In this document: piece by piece, positions 11,615 to 22,579 of the stretch | Position numbering within the stretch: the stretch's first letter is position 1 | Layout of the letters: each line of letters begins with the position of its first letter | Source of the DNA: Nemertoderma westbladi | Taxonomy: Eukaryota; Animalia; Xenacoelomorpha | NCBI GenBank assembly: GCA_032718475.1 | Contig: JAUCBJ010002562.1 | Span: 1-38,138, forward strand | Direction of reading: 5' to 3' | Length of the DNA: 38,138 nucleotides | The notes under the pieces: model-generated | What the model was told of the DNA's origin: nothing | Seen by the model: only the letters and a program-made list of their open reading frames with translations | Databases searched by the model: none | Program-made: the position numbers and the translations under genes

Positions 11615-12269
11615 ACTCTTTGCACTAACCACACTCTCCACTTGCACTCTTTGCACTAACCACACTCTCCACTTGCACTCTTTGCACTAACCACACTCTC
11701 CACTTGCACTCTTTGCACTAACCACACTCTCCACTTGCACTCTTTGCACTAACCACACTCTCCACTTGCACTCTTTGCACTAACCACACTCTCCACTTGC
11801 ACTCTTTGCACTAACCACACTCTCCACTTGCACTATTTGCACTAACCACACTCTCCACTTGCACTCTTTGCACTAACCACACTCTCCACTTGCACTCTTT
11901 GCACTAACCACACTCTCCACTTGCACTCTTTGCACTAACCACACTCTCCACTTGCACTCTTTGCACTAACCACACTCTCCACTTGCACTCTTTGCACTAA
12001 CCACACTCTCCACTTGCACTCTTTGCACTAACCACACTCTCCACTTGCACTCTTTGCACTAACCACACTCTCCACTTGCACTCTTTGCACTAACCACACT
12101 CTCCACTTGCACTCTTTGCACTAACCACACTCTCCACTTGCACTCTTTGCACTAACCACACTCTCCACTTGCACTCTTTGCACTAACCACACTCTCCACT
12201 TGCACTCTTTGCACTAACCACACTCTCCACTTGCACTCTTTGCACTAACCACACTCTCCACTTGCACTC
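11615..12269. repeat. 31-bp near-perfect tandem repeat CACTCTTTGCACTAACCACACTCTCCACTTG
   Basis: Period 31, about 21 copies, with one visible substitution near 11835. Confidence 0.97.
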
Positions 12270-12379
12270 ACTGATTACCAAACTTGCACTGTCTGACTGT
12301 TGACACTGCCGCCACCGGCCACCGCATACTACAGTATATACTGTTTTATGCTGTTATAATATATTGTGTTGTAACCTAT

Positions 12380-12899
12380 TTGATTGATGCTTATATTTGG
12401 AGGATACTAAGAATAACCGTTAACTCCCTTGGCTTTCTTGATTATTGAGGTAAGCAGAGAGGACGTACGTGAGCTGAATTTCTCCTTATATGCGAGTAAA
12501 ATTGGTGACAGTCGGCAATTTGGCGTGTTTCAGTACTATTGTTAGTGACGTGAGTGTGAGTGAATAATTATACATTCCTAAAGAATGTAAACATTTGCGT
12601 TATCGCATGCCCATCCGTTGTAATTAGTATAAGTCATAACTCTGCGTAGTATTTAAAGCGCAGCACCTGAAAGGAACTGTTGCTATTTCCCTGAAAATAA
12701 ACATATTTTTGGAGTTATATAGTAGAGATCAATCGAATAATACAAAGTAGCCTACACCTCTCTCTGCCATAGAATCCAGTCTCCCACACCCTGTGGGTCA
12801 TACGCCGCGGTAGACTGACTTCGGCTGTGGTCATATTTTGTACGGGCTGTCAGACATAAATTAGCAGGTTAAACTGTTAAAGGTCTAAAAGCGCGAACA
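12380..12899 (+). repeat. Diverged dispersed repeat, copy 1 (copy 2 at 21943-22579)
   Basis: Collinear shared blocks: CCTAAAGAATG, TAAGTCATAACTCTG, AAAGGAACTGTT, ATCAATCGAATAATACA, GAATCCAGTCTCCC, GCAGGTTAAACTG.TAAAGGTCT.AAAGCGCGAACA. Confidence 0.85.
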
Positions 12900-13676
12900 C
12901 CCTCCTCCTTGCTTGGTGAGCCATAATTTTTATTCTCGCTTTCATTCCTTAGCAACAAGTGTTTAAAAAGGTGTCTCGGGCGAAATTGCACCAGTTCTTC
13001 ACCCTTATAGTGATTTGTTGGTACTATTAGAAAGCTTGCTATGCAAGGATTCCTATTTATTATATAAAACAATCGGAATTTCGTCTTAAAATAGCTGATA
13101 TATGAGCGTTTAAAACGTGCATTGTTTTGCATATGAGCGAGGCTATTTTATTCTATTAAATAAATGCAACCACGATACCATTTCCAAAAACTATTTAAGT
13201 ATTATTTCTCGCTGTTATCAAAACTGACTTTTATTGCATTTTTGGTTGCTAAACATTAGAGCTTTTGCAAACCTGTAAAGCAGATGTTAAGTCAATATAA
13301 AAACAAAGCTTGAAAGAAGCATTAATATGTCTAGAAATAGAATGTAAATGTCTAGAATATTTCTACAGTAGTAGATAAAAAACACTTAAACATTGAAATT
13401 TGTTGTAAAATCTGACACTTTTTCACCCACTTGTCAAAATCTTGATCTTATGTTATTTGAGGTAAGAAAAAACCAAACCTTGAGGAAGCCAACTGTAATG
13501 AGCTGAGGAGCCGTTGGGCTCCCTCTAGTGATTCTGAGAGTACTCCTACTCTAAGTGATCATCAAAGTCTAGATCATAGGTGCTTGGCTGCATCTCCTCG
13601 AATTATGGAGCCAGTAGAGGGTGTTACCACCACCCAATCTTCATTATGATGGTCTAAGGACATGCGTCTATCTATA

Positions 13677-13996
13677 ATCGGCCTGCTGCATTGCAGCTGC
13701 AAATTGAAATGCTATGCTGGATGAACAACAATATTTTTTCCACCACCACGCAATCCACAATTGGCATGCTCCAATGCAGCGTGTATTAAGAATGCTTATG
13801 CTGGATTATCAACAAAGTTGCACCGCCACAACTCCCTATCCCCCATGACTTTCTCTCGAGATTACCCGCATCTTAAAGGCCAGAATCCTTTAAGAGGCAT
13901 CCTAGGAAAGTCATGGGCTGTCCAACATGCTTGTTTTCTCCATGGGGCTGCCAATGGACAATATTGTGCACAGGCTGGTCCTCACGGCGAAAGCAA
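13677..13996 (-). mobile_element. 5'-truncated, decayed 3' fragment of the same RTE-like LINE family as 19571-21468
   Basis: The minus strand encodes CFRREDQPVHNIVHWQPHGENKHVGQPMTFL, matching CFRREDQPVHNLVLWQPHGVNKHGGQPITFL at about 21215-21305. The 3' UTR TGCAGCTGCAATGCAGCA is also shared. Confidence 0.9.
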
Positions 13997-14235
13997 TATC
14001 CTTTTTTTTGTGTCGTGTCACCATGGAAGACACCCCATTGAATTTTAAATGGATCTGTGTGACCATCAGAAGTAGACACAAATGTCTTCGAACCATCGTA
14101 TAGTGATCTGATTGCTGCAATAATTTCCTCACGAATTCCATGTATGCTAAACGAACATATATGATTGAATCTATAATAATTTTAAAGTTAAAGTTAATAC
14201 AATTAAATATAAAATGGACAAATTGATTACAATTC

Positions 14236-14245
14236 TTTATTTATT
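14236..14245 (-). terminator. Candidate polyadenylation signal (overlapping AATAAA x2) for the minus-strand coiled-coil gene
   Basis: AATAAATAAA on the minus strand about 1.3 kb downstream of the stop at 15570, followed by U-rich sequence. The AT-rich background weakens the call. Confidence 0.4.
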
Positions 14246-15569
14246 CGCAATCAAATAAAGGCATCAAAAGGCACCACTTACTATAAAATACATAGCAATG
14301 AGTATAATAATATACATAATAATATATAATACAGTATACAGCATTACGTAAACTTTATACAAAATAATATTCACGGGACGGAGATGAAGACATACATCCT
14401 ACACAATACATATTTACATAAAGTTGCACGATTTACAGTATTTATAGCTAGCTTATGCACACATTCGATCGAGGATAGGCTAGTTCTAAATCAAAGTAAT
14501 ACGTTTTACATATATAGGCCTACATTATTATGCAGATTTTATTACGTGATATATGATTGTCAAAAATTCCATGAAATTATGATGATTTCATTACGAAAGT
14601 AGCACTTATTCCTCAGCTTGCAGCATCTATACAGCATCTATACAGCATCAAATAAATATAATTCTTACAAAATGGTTCATTTTAACCAAATATATTTAAA
14701 AAGTTTGGTGGAAACAAATATATATAAAAGTTTGGTGGAAACAAATATATATAAAAGTGAGAGTTCAAATAAAATGAACAGACCAGGAAGACGTAATGGA
14801 GTTCTCTATTCATTATATTTATTACAACTTTGGTGGATTCCATGAAGGTGATACGATTATTGATGGTCGGCCCAGTACAACTGTCTGTTTAACTGAACCG
14901 TGACAAATTGGGCCTGATACATGATTAACTAAGCCGGTTAATAAAAGAGAACCCAAAATCGTACCAAAATTCATTTTTTTTTATTCTAAAATGAGCGACA
15001 GACAAAGAAGTAACAACTGCCCCAGTGTGTTCGGCAAAGACAGCTGTTTGTGTTCATTTCACATTCCCATTTGGGTGAAAGGAACATAAAGTTAAATCAA
15101 ACCAAAACCGTAAAATCAGTAACCAACATACTACATACAGAACAGCAGAATGTCAGACATCAGCATCAGGAAGCAACTTTATATCATTAAAATACGCGAA
15201 ATTAAATAATGAGTACCGGCGATCTAGTTCAGCTCAGTTACATGTACTCCGTTCGTACCAACAGTACTCAATAGCCAATAGTAACCAATAGTACCAACCT
15301 TACGAAGGTAAATTTTATAAACACCAATAAAATTTGTTTTTAAACATTAAATTATACGTATTACGTAATGCAATGTACGACGCTAAACAAAGATGAATTG
15401 ATACAAATCGGCCAATAATTTACAGTACAAAATGAATAACAATGATTAACTAAACGCTGATCTCTTATCTTAACGTTTTGTAGGAAAACATTGAGTTCCT
15501 AGAGTCACTATTATTCGGCTATGAACCCCACTGTGTAACACTGGTAACACGCCACAAGGGAGCAACCAA

Positions 15570-15770
15570 TCACCGCGGCCGGATTTTGTGTAGTTTGCGT
15601 GTCGACGGGCTGGGAGGTCTGAAGGAGGGACTCTGAGCGCGGTTGTGGTTGGCGGTTCGCTGGAGCTGAGCGCTTAATTCGGCGACACGCTGGATCCAGT
15701 AGCTGTTGTCCAACTGAGATGGATCGGATAAACCTTGTTCCTTGAGCGCGGAGTGGATTATAGATGGGAG
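15570..15770 (-). CDS. PMFBP1: PMFBP1-like coiled-coil protein, terminal coding exon (LPSIIHS...YWIQRVAELSAQLQ...RPR*)
   Basis: Acceptor TTTTTCGCCTTGCAG| at 15771, phase 0, matching the donor at 17339. Ends in TGA. Confidence 0.8.
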   Translation of the reverse strand, partial: LPSIIHSALKEQGLSDPSQLDNSYWIQRVAELSAQLQRTANHNRAQSPSFRPPSPSTRKLHKIRPR

Positions 15771-15774
15771 CTGC

Positions 15775-17240
15775 AAGGCGAAAAAGTGAATAATAAATGT
15801 ATAGCGGATAGGAGCTGAGGGGAGAAAAAGTGAATAATAAATGTATAGCGGACGGGACCTGTGGGGAGAAAAAGTAAATAATAAATGTACAGAGGACGAG
15901 AGCGGTGGGGAGAAAAGTTAATAATAAATGTATAACGGACGGGAGCTGTGGGGAGAAAAAGTGAATAATAAATGTACAGAGGACGTGAGCGGTGGGGAAA
16001 AAAAGTACATAATAAATGTACAGAGGACGAGAGCGGTGGGGAGAAAAAGTAAATAATAAATGTATAGCGGACGAGAGCGGTGGGGAGAAAAAGTGAATAA
16101 TAAATGTACAGAGGACGAGTGCGGTGGGGAGAAAAAGTGAATAATAAATGTATAGCGGACGAGAGCGGGGGGGGGGGGGGGGGTAGTTAATAATAAATGT
16201 ATAGCGGACGAGAGCGGTGGGGAGAAAAAGTTAATAATAAATGTACAGAGGACGAGAGCGGTGGGGAGAAAAAGTTAATAATAAATGTATAGCGGACGGG
16301 ACCTGTGGGGAGAAAAAGTAAATAATAAATGTACAGAGGACGAGAGCGGTGGGGAGAAAAAGTGAATAATAAATGTACAGAGGACGAGAGCGGTGGGGAG
16401 AAAAAGTGAATAATAAATGTACAGAGGACGAGAGCGGTGGGGAGAAAAAGTGAATAATAAATGTACAGAGGACGAGTGCGGTGGGGAGAAAAAGTGAATA
16501 ATAAATGTATAGCGGACCGGACCTTTGGGGAGAAAAAGTAAATAATAAATGTATAGCGGACGAGAGCGGTGGGGAGAAAAAGTAAATAATAAATGTATAG
16601 CGGACGGGACCTGTGGGGAGAAAAAGTAAATAATAAATGTATAGCGGACGAGAGCGGTGGGGAGAAAAAGTAAATAATAAATGTATAGCGGACAAGAGCG
16701 GTGGGGAGAAAAAGTAAATAATAAATGTATAGCGGACGGGACCTGTGGGGAGAAAAAGTAAATAATAAATGAACAGAGGACGAGAGCGGTGGGGATAAAA
16801 AGTAAATAATAAATGTACAGCGTACGAGAGCGGTGGGGAGAAAAAGTTAATAATAAATGTACAGCGGACGAGAGCGGTGGGGAGAAAAAGTGAATAATAA
16901 TTGTATAGCGGATGAGAGCGGTGGGGAGAAAAAGTTAATAATAAATGTACAGAGGACGAGAGCGGTGGGGAGAAAAAGTGAATAATAAATGTACAGCGTA
17001 CGAGAGCGGTGGGGAGAAAAAGTTAATAATAAATGTACAGAGGACGAGAGCGGTGGGGAGAAAAAGTGAATAATAAATGTATAGCGGGTTGGAGCTGTCT
17101 GTGGGGAGAAAAAGTAAATAATAAATGTACAGAGGACGAGAGCGGTGGGGAGAAAAAGTGAATAATAAATGTATAGCGGACCGGACCTTTGGGGAGAAAA
17201 AGTTAATAATAAATGTGTAGCGGATTGGAGCTGATGGGAG
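15775..17240 (-). repeat. 44-bp intronic tandem repeat that reiterates the 3' splice-site region of the terminal exon
   Basis: Minus-strand unit CTCTCGTCCGCTATACATTTATTATTCACTTTTTCTCCCCAC(C/A)G, about 33 copies. The final copy is the real acceptor TTATTATTCACTTTTTCGCCTTGCAG|CTCCCATC. Confidence 0.95.
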
Positions 17241-17339
17241 TAATACAGATAGAAGTTACCGTACTCAAAGCTATACCTAGAAATGTTACTGTACCAAAGG
17301 CTAACAAGTTACTGTACGCAACATTATGTACTTAATGAC

Positions 17340-17679
17340 CTTATCTTTAGCCATTAGTTTCAGTTTCGCGTGCTCGATAGCAGTATCTATATCGGTATCT
17401 TTGTGGGGAACGTCTCGGTGTCTTTCTACCTCCAGCTGCTGACGAAGTTCCCCGATCATTTTATTTTTTCCGTCGACTTGGAACTCGATGTGCTGTTTGT
17501 CCAGCTGTTCCCGCTCCACTAGTTGTCGCAACTGTATATTGTCTTTGTTGAGGGTCGTTAGTTGGGCGTTGAGTTGCTGAATCGAGGTCACATTGGCTTT
17601 GAGTCTCGCGTGTAGATCGTCGATGACCATCTGTTTCTCCGATAGTTCTTCCGCTTGCTCAACCTCATGGTCCTCCAGT
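17340..17679 (-). CDS. PMFBP1: PMFBP1-like coiled-coil protein, internal exon (LEDHEVEQAEEL...LMAKDK)
   Basis: Acceptor TTTTATTAG|A completes an AG|A Arg codon. Donor AAG|GTCATT is phase 0 with a weak consensus. Heptad-rich sequence. Confidence 0.85.
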
Positions 17680-17727
17680 CTAATAAAACATTGCAAACAA
17701 TAAGTTAGAGCGAGACCAAACAAGCTT

Positions 17728-18068
17728 ACCTACCTCCAGTGACTCCAGTAACGTGTAACATACCTAGCTTTCAGTGACTCCAGTAACGTGTAACACACAT
17801 AGCTTTCAGTGACTCCAGTAACGTGTAACACACATAGCTGTCAGTGACTCCTGTAAAACGTGTAACACACCTAGCTTTCAGTTACTCTAGTAACGTGTAA
17901 CACACCTATCTTTCAGTGACCAGTAACGCTTAACACACCTAGCTTTCAGTGACTCCTGTAAAACGTGTAACACACCTAGCTTTCAGTTACTCTAGTAACT
18001 TGTAACACACCTATCTTTCAGTGACCAGTAACGCTTAACACACCTAGCTTTCAGTGACTCCAGTAACG
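17728..18068 (-). repeat. About 35-bp tandem repeat that copies an exon end plus 5' splice site
   Basis: Minus-strand unit GTTACTGGAGTCACTGAAAGCTAG|GTGTGTTACAC, about 9 copies plus a partial. The first copy encodes LLESLKAR and carries the donor at 18043. Confidence 0.92.
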
Positions 18069-18268
18069 CTTGTTGCTGGGCGGAGTGTGATTGTAATTCG
18101 TTGTAACGAACACTCTCCCCTCGAAGTGACTCCGACTCTATATTCAAACAGTCTACTGTCTTCTGCAGTCTACCATTAGTCTCCCTTAATTGGTCTCTTT
18201 CTGACTTCAAAGTCGAAATTGATCTGGCTTGTTCGCGAATTTTGTGTCCGAGTTTCTCATTTGCCGAT
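18044..18268 (-). CDS. PMFBP1: PMFBP1-like coiled-coil protein, internal exon (SANEKLGHKIREQARSISTL...LLESLKAR)
   Basis: Acceptor TAATATAG|A and donor AG|GTGTGT, phases 2/2. The joined peptide NQWVIEQK-SANEKLGHKIREQARSI resembles the PMFBP1 C-terminal [24 protein letters not shown] segment as I recall it. Confidence 0.87.
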
Positions 18269-18430
18269 CTATATTAATGAGAAAAATAACCATTACACCT
18301 GTAACTCAGTTATATATACATAACCTATACAATAGCAAAGCAATAATTATTAGTAATATTTATAAAAAATAAACTAAAACCCAGCCCACTCAAACTATTC
18401 TCAAGATCACAATATATTGATAAAACATAC

Positions 18431-18603
18431 TTCTGCTCAATAACCCATTGGTTGACGTTGCTAACAACCATTTCAGATTCCCTACGAAGTCTCTCCCCAT
18501 TGGCTCGAGTTTCCTCCAACGATGCCTTCAATGTGTCTACTTCTGCCTGGGAACTTTCGCCCCTTTGCTCCAGTGTAGATGTCTCGTTGGACAACCGATC
18601 GCG
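18431..18603 (-). CDS. PMFBP1: PMFBP1-like coiled-coil protein, internal exon (RDRLSNE...ESEMVVSNVNQWVIEQK)
   Basis: Acceptor TTGTATTGCAG|, donor AA|GTATGT. Phase 0 in, phase 2 out. Confidence 0.87.
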
Positions 18604-18750
18604 CTGCAATACAATATAACAGTTAAATTCAACATTAAGTTGTTGGGAGAATCAGAACTGTTTATTCTTTCGCTGCTTTTCTTATCCTAGCAAACCGAGC
18701 CACTGAAAGCCAACCCACCCAAATGTATGTATCCTGTTAAACTACTATAA

Positions 18751-18968
18751 TACACCATGTCCTGGAATATATTATATTGGAATATATTCTACAAATCTTA
18801 ATTAGATTGCATGAAATTTGAAACAGGGAGTTTCAGGCAACTCCTCCTGGGTGGGTGAGTCAGAATTTCTATTTTTCCTCTCAATTTTTAACTACAAGCC
18901 TTTAAAAAAGGTGTTTCCGTCGATATTGCACCAGTCCCACTGCAGTTATTATTCCACCTTATAGTGAT
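18751..18968 (+). repeat. Short derivative of the dispersed element at about 11189-13012
   Basis: The 5' part matches 11189-11290. The 3' part (TTTAAAAAAGGTGT..ATTGCACCAGT..CCTTATAGTGAT) matches about 12960-13013. Confidence 0.6.
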
Positions 18969-19595
18969 AGTGTTTCACAGCGAAAATAATAATTCAGACT
19001 TACAATCAATCAGATTTACAATCAGACTTACACTCGCACATGTTCACTTCGTGTTTCCCCTGCGGGTGGGGGGGGGGGGGTCGCATGGCCCCCCTCAAAT
19101 GCTAGGAGCGGGTCAACAGCCTCCCTTGGATCCGCCACTGATTGCATTGTTGCCCAGCTACGTATGGGATAAACAAAATGTTCCAGAATATGGTTTTATA
19201 TTTAATATAATAAAATAGGCTCGCACAGGTGCAGTGTGCTTTGTGGTAATAAACGCAGACAATACAGTTTAACATTCATGTTAATAGGGTTTGTGACTCA
19301 AAAAAAAAATTTCTATAAACACGTTCATAAAATGTAAAAAGGTGTGCTGATCACGAATCTGAAAACCGTTTTTAATTTCATCCTGTTGAGGCTGAGATTG
19401 AGGGGTTTATACACAAGCGCGGGAAAATCTTAGTTTAAACGCTCTGATTTACTGTTCCACTTTCTGTTCCACTTTGTCGCTAGACAACGATAACAACATT
19501 CACTAGCTATGTAAAGGCTTTTGCGGAATTAGCTGGTTATTTTCCCCGCAAAGTACTCTGTAGGTGTTTTCTTCTCTTTTGTAGGTGTTCTGTAG

Positions 19596-20708
19596 GTGGT
19601 ATTTGCCCCGAGAGCTGACTCGGCAAAAAAGCACCCCCCAACCCCCACTATGGATTACATTAGCAATGCGGAGGTCCGGCCACTAGAGGCCAGTGGAATT
19701 ACCGGACACAATCGGCCTCACAGGCGTCAGTTAACTCCTGACCGGCTGCCTGTCTCACCCCCTACTGGAGAGAGAGCAGCCAACAATTCTTTGAGTCCCT
19801 TTCCTGATGACCTTTCTGGCCCAAACCCTGGGTCACCAGGGAGTCCAGATTGTGATGGGGAGAGGGATTCTGGAGTTGGAGGCTACTTTCATGTTCCACC
19901 CCGACCAACAAAGCCATTGGTGAATCTGAGGCAAGTCACTAGACTAGCCTCAGTAAACACCCTAACACTCGGGTCCCCAATGCGACAAGGTGAGCTGACT
20001 GCCTTGGCAGATAAGCTTTCTCTTAGCGCAGTGGGTGTTCAAGAGCACCGAATGCAGACTGGACATACTGATGAGGTTCTGATTAAGGACATGGGGGGCG
20101 GTTGGCGACTCGCCCTCGCGTCAGCAGATGATAGTGGCAATGGTGGAATTGGTCTATTGATGAATCCAACTGCACATGCAGCATTGGACAAAATAGACCA
20201 AATCTCTAACCGCATCATCCGTTGCCACTTCTCATGTTCTGGAAGACTGGCTAAGAAGTTTCCTAAGGTGGTTCTGATTGTGTGCTACTCTCCAACTAGT
20301 GTTGCCCCTGTAGAGGAGGTGGAAAATTTCTACCACAATCTACAAGCAGCAACTGATGGAGTGGATCAGCATGCATTCTTAACATTCCTGGGAGACTTTA
20401 ATGCAAGTCTGCATCAATCACCTACATCGCCCTGGGTCTATAGCAATAGTGTTAACCGAAATTCTGTCCATCTTCAGGATTTTATCTCTGGAAATGGATT
20501 GTTTTCGGCTGGAACCCAGTTCAAGAAGCGAACTGGAAAGCTATGGACTCATAGTGGACCCAGTGGTCACAAGTCCCAGATAGACCATATTCTGTTTCGT
20601 AGGAAATACAGGAGCTCTATACAAGACTGTAATGCATTTACACTTCGACCCTTCTCCAGTGATCACCGCCTTATTGTGGCCAAGGCCAGCGGCTCCTCAG
20701 CTCATTAG
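19596..20708 (+). CDS. LINE apurinic/apyrimidinic-like endonuclease ORF (intact domain, truncated by the deletion frameshift)
   Basis: Open frame containing all canonical APE motifs. The first ATG is at about 19650. Confidence 0.8.
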   Translation: MVFAPRADSAKKHPPTPTMDYISNAEVRPLEASGITGHNRPHRRQLTPDRLPVSPPTGERAANNSLSPFPDDLSGPNPGSPGSPDCDGERDSGVGGYFHVPPRPTKPLVNLRQVTRLASVNTLTLGSPMRQGELTALADKLSLSAVGVQEHRMQTGHTDEVLIKDMGGGWRLALASADDSGNGGIGLLMNPTAHAALDKIDQISNRIIRCHFSCSGRLAKKFPKVVLIVCYSPTSVAPVEEVENFYHNLQAATDGVDQHAFLTFLGDFNASLHQSPTSPWVYSNSVNRNSVHLQDFISGNGLFSAGTQFKKRTGKLWTHSGPSGHKSQIDHILFRRKYRSSIQDCNAFTLRPFSSDHRLIVAKASGSSAH

Positions 20709-21421
20709 AACATGCTGCTTCTAGTGTTGGTCTTTTTATTAACTCCAGAAAGACCAAAATTCTGACAGTTAACTTTGAAAGTCCTCAGCAAGTCTCTGAT
20801 CGGATGAGCATAAGCTCAAAGGATGGTATGCTTGAGCATGTGGACGACTTCTGTTACCTGGGATCATGGATCCGGAAGTCAGGTGAGGACCTTCGAATAC
20901 GTAAGGGAAAGGCATGGGCAGCCTTGAATAGGCTTTCCAGGATTTGGAAGTCACCTAGAATTAATCGGAAACTTAAGGTCCGATTATTTAGAGCAGCAGT
21001 AGTTCCAGTACTCCTCTACGGGAGTCCATGCTGGGCTCTAACTGCTGAGGACACCAAATCTCTGGATGGCACATTCACAAGAATGCTACGCCGGGTACAT
21101 TGTGTCAAGTACAATGCACACATCTCCAACCAGACACTATATAACATTGGAGGTGTCTCATTGGTTCCCCCAAGCTTGACACTAGAACAAAATCGCCTCC
21201 GCTTTGCAGGACATTGCTTTCGCCGTGAGGACCAGCCAGTGCATAATCTTGTACTTTGGCAGCCTCATGGAGTGAATAAGCATGGTGGACAGCCCATCAC
21301 TTTCTTGAGACGCATCTTAAAGGACACTGGCCTTAAAGATGCGGATGATCTAGCAAATGTCATGGGTGATAGGGAGTTGTGGCGGTGCAATTTTGTTGAC
21401 AAGCCGGCACAGCATTCTTAA
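20681..21421 (+). pseudogene. C-terminal remnant of the LINE reverse transcriptase (thumb and C-terminal region)
   Basis: The frame is open from 20681 (QGQRLLSSLEHAASSVGLFIN...) to TAA at 21421. It lacks the N-terminal RT motifs, QG and YADD. Confidence 0.85.
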
Positions 21422-21942
21422 AAATGCAGCTGCAATGCAGCATGCCGATCCCTAGTAGTAGGTGTTTTAACGGACATAAAAAGCCGTTTCCTTACTGTAC
21501 CGGTGTTTTAGTGGACATAAAAAGCCATTTCTTCTGTATGTGTACTTTAGCGGACATAACTAGCGATTTTATGTCGCAATAAGCCAAAATCCTCTTGATA
21601 CAGTGTAGTTACGATGACGACATCTATCAGCTGATATGTACACGTGTAACTTTTCCTTTGTTTCTTTGTTCGGTCAACCAATCAGAGCGATTTTCATTTT
21701 ATTTGTACAGAAACCTCCGGGAAATCGCGCAATGCATTACGGTTTATGTTTACCTTTTTTCCTGATGCCAGAACACCGGCTTTGGAATGATTCTGTGTTT
21801 CAGGCTTTAGCCAAACATTAGTAGGCTTTGATCATAGAAACGTATAACTGTTATCGCAACACAGTACATCACGATATAACTCAATGCATTTCCTTTCACC
21901 GCATTATTTTACTGCTATTTACTGTCGGTTATTAATTGTATC

Positions 21943-22579
21943 AGTTGATGGAATATTATTATATTTGGATAATATCGATAAATAATCATAAAACCCCAAT
22001 CTTCTTGATATACTGAAGGTAAGAGACCGGTTACATATAGCAATTGCGACTTACATTATATTGGTTTTGGAGTGAATCTAATGCTATTTCATAGGCACTG
22101 CATGTGTAGGTTGCTGTTCTCTTTATATGTGACTAAAATCAGTGAAGGTCGGCAGATCGGTGTGCAGCATTGTGCGGTAGTGTGCATGATTGTGACAGAT
22201 AACAAAGCATCTCCTAAAGAATGCGCTTTATGCGTGAATCAATAGCCATCCCGTTGTGTTTAGTGTAAGTCATAACTCTGTTTACATACTTAGAGCGCCA
22301 CGTCCTAAAGGAACTGTTAATATTTCCCGAAAGTGAATAATATTGGTCAGAGATTATATATTAACAATCAATCGAATAATACAGTAGGCCTACATCGCAA
22401 TAAGGTCAGAGCTTCCGAATCCAGTCTCCCGGGTATATCCAGCGGGTGAATGGTCGCGCATAGGCTGGCTTCGGCTAATGTAGTGTATCAAATACTCGTC
22501 ATAGGCTAAAGTCGATTTATAATATAGAAGACACCTAAATTTGGCAGGTTAAACTGCTAAAGGTCTGAAAGCGCGAACA
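21943..22579 (+). repeat. Diverged dispersed repeat, copy 2 (copy 1 at 12380-12899)
   Basis: Same collinear blocks as copy 1 and the same sharp right boundary ...AAAGCGCGAACA. Confidence 0.85.

Larger units (their letters stand above)
19571..21468 (+). mobile_element. RTE-like non-LTR retrotransposon with an internal deletion of most of the RT domain
   Basis: APE motifs (LASVNTLTL, VGVQEHR, GNGGIG, CYSPT, LGDFNA, SQIDHIL, SDHR) are directly followed, in another frame, by post-YADD RT/thumb sequence (LEHAASSVGLFINSRKTK, FCYLGS, LLYGSPCW, RLRFAGH). Short (TAG)3 tail; candidate TSD GTAGGTGTTTT at 19560-19570 and 21458-21468. Confidence 0.92.

Noticed and set aside
11387-11690. ORFs on both strands adjoining the 31-bp array as an exon that seeded it
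   Set aside because: No recognisable protein or convincing splice pair. The CACTAAC branch-point-like motif in the unit has no downstream AG, and the region lies in a probable dispersed element.
16231-16695. 154-aa hydrophobic minus-strand ORF
   Set aside because: Translation of the 44-bp intronic array.
19055-19140. MITE ending GGATCCGCCACTG
   Set aside because: Only one terminus-like motif is seen, with no matching opposite TIR or TSD, so it is not delimited as a feature.
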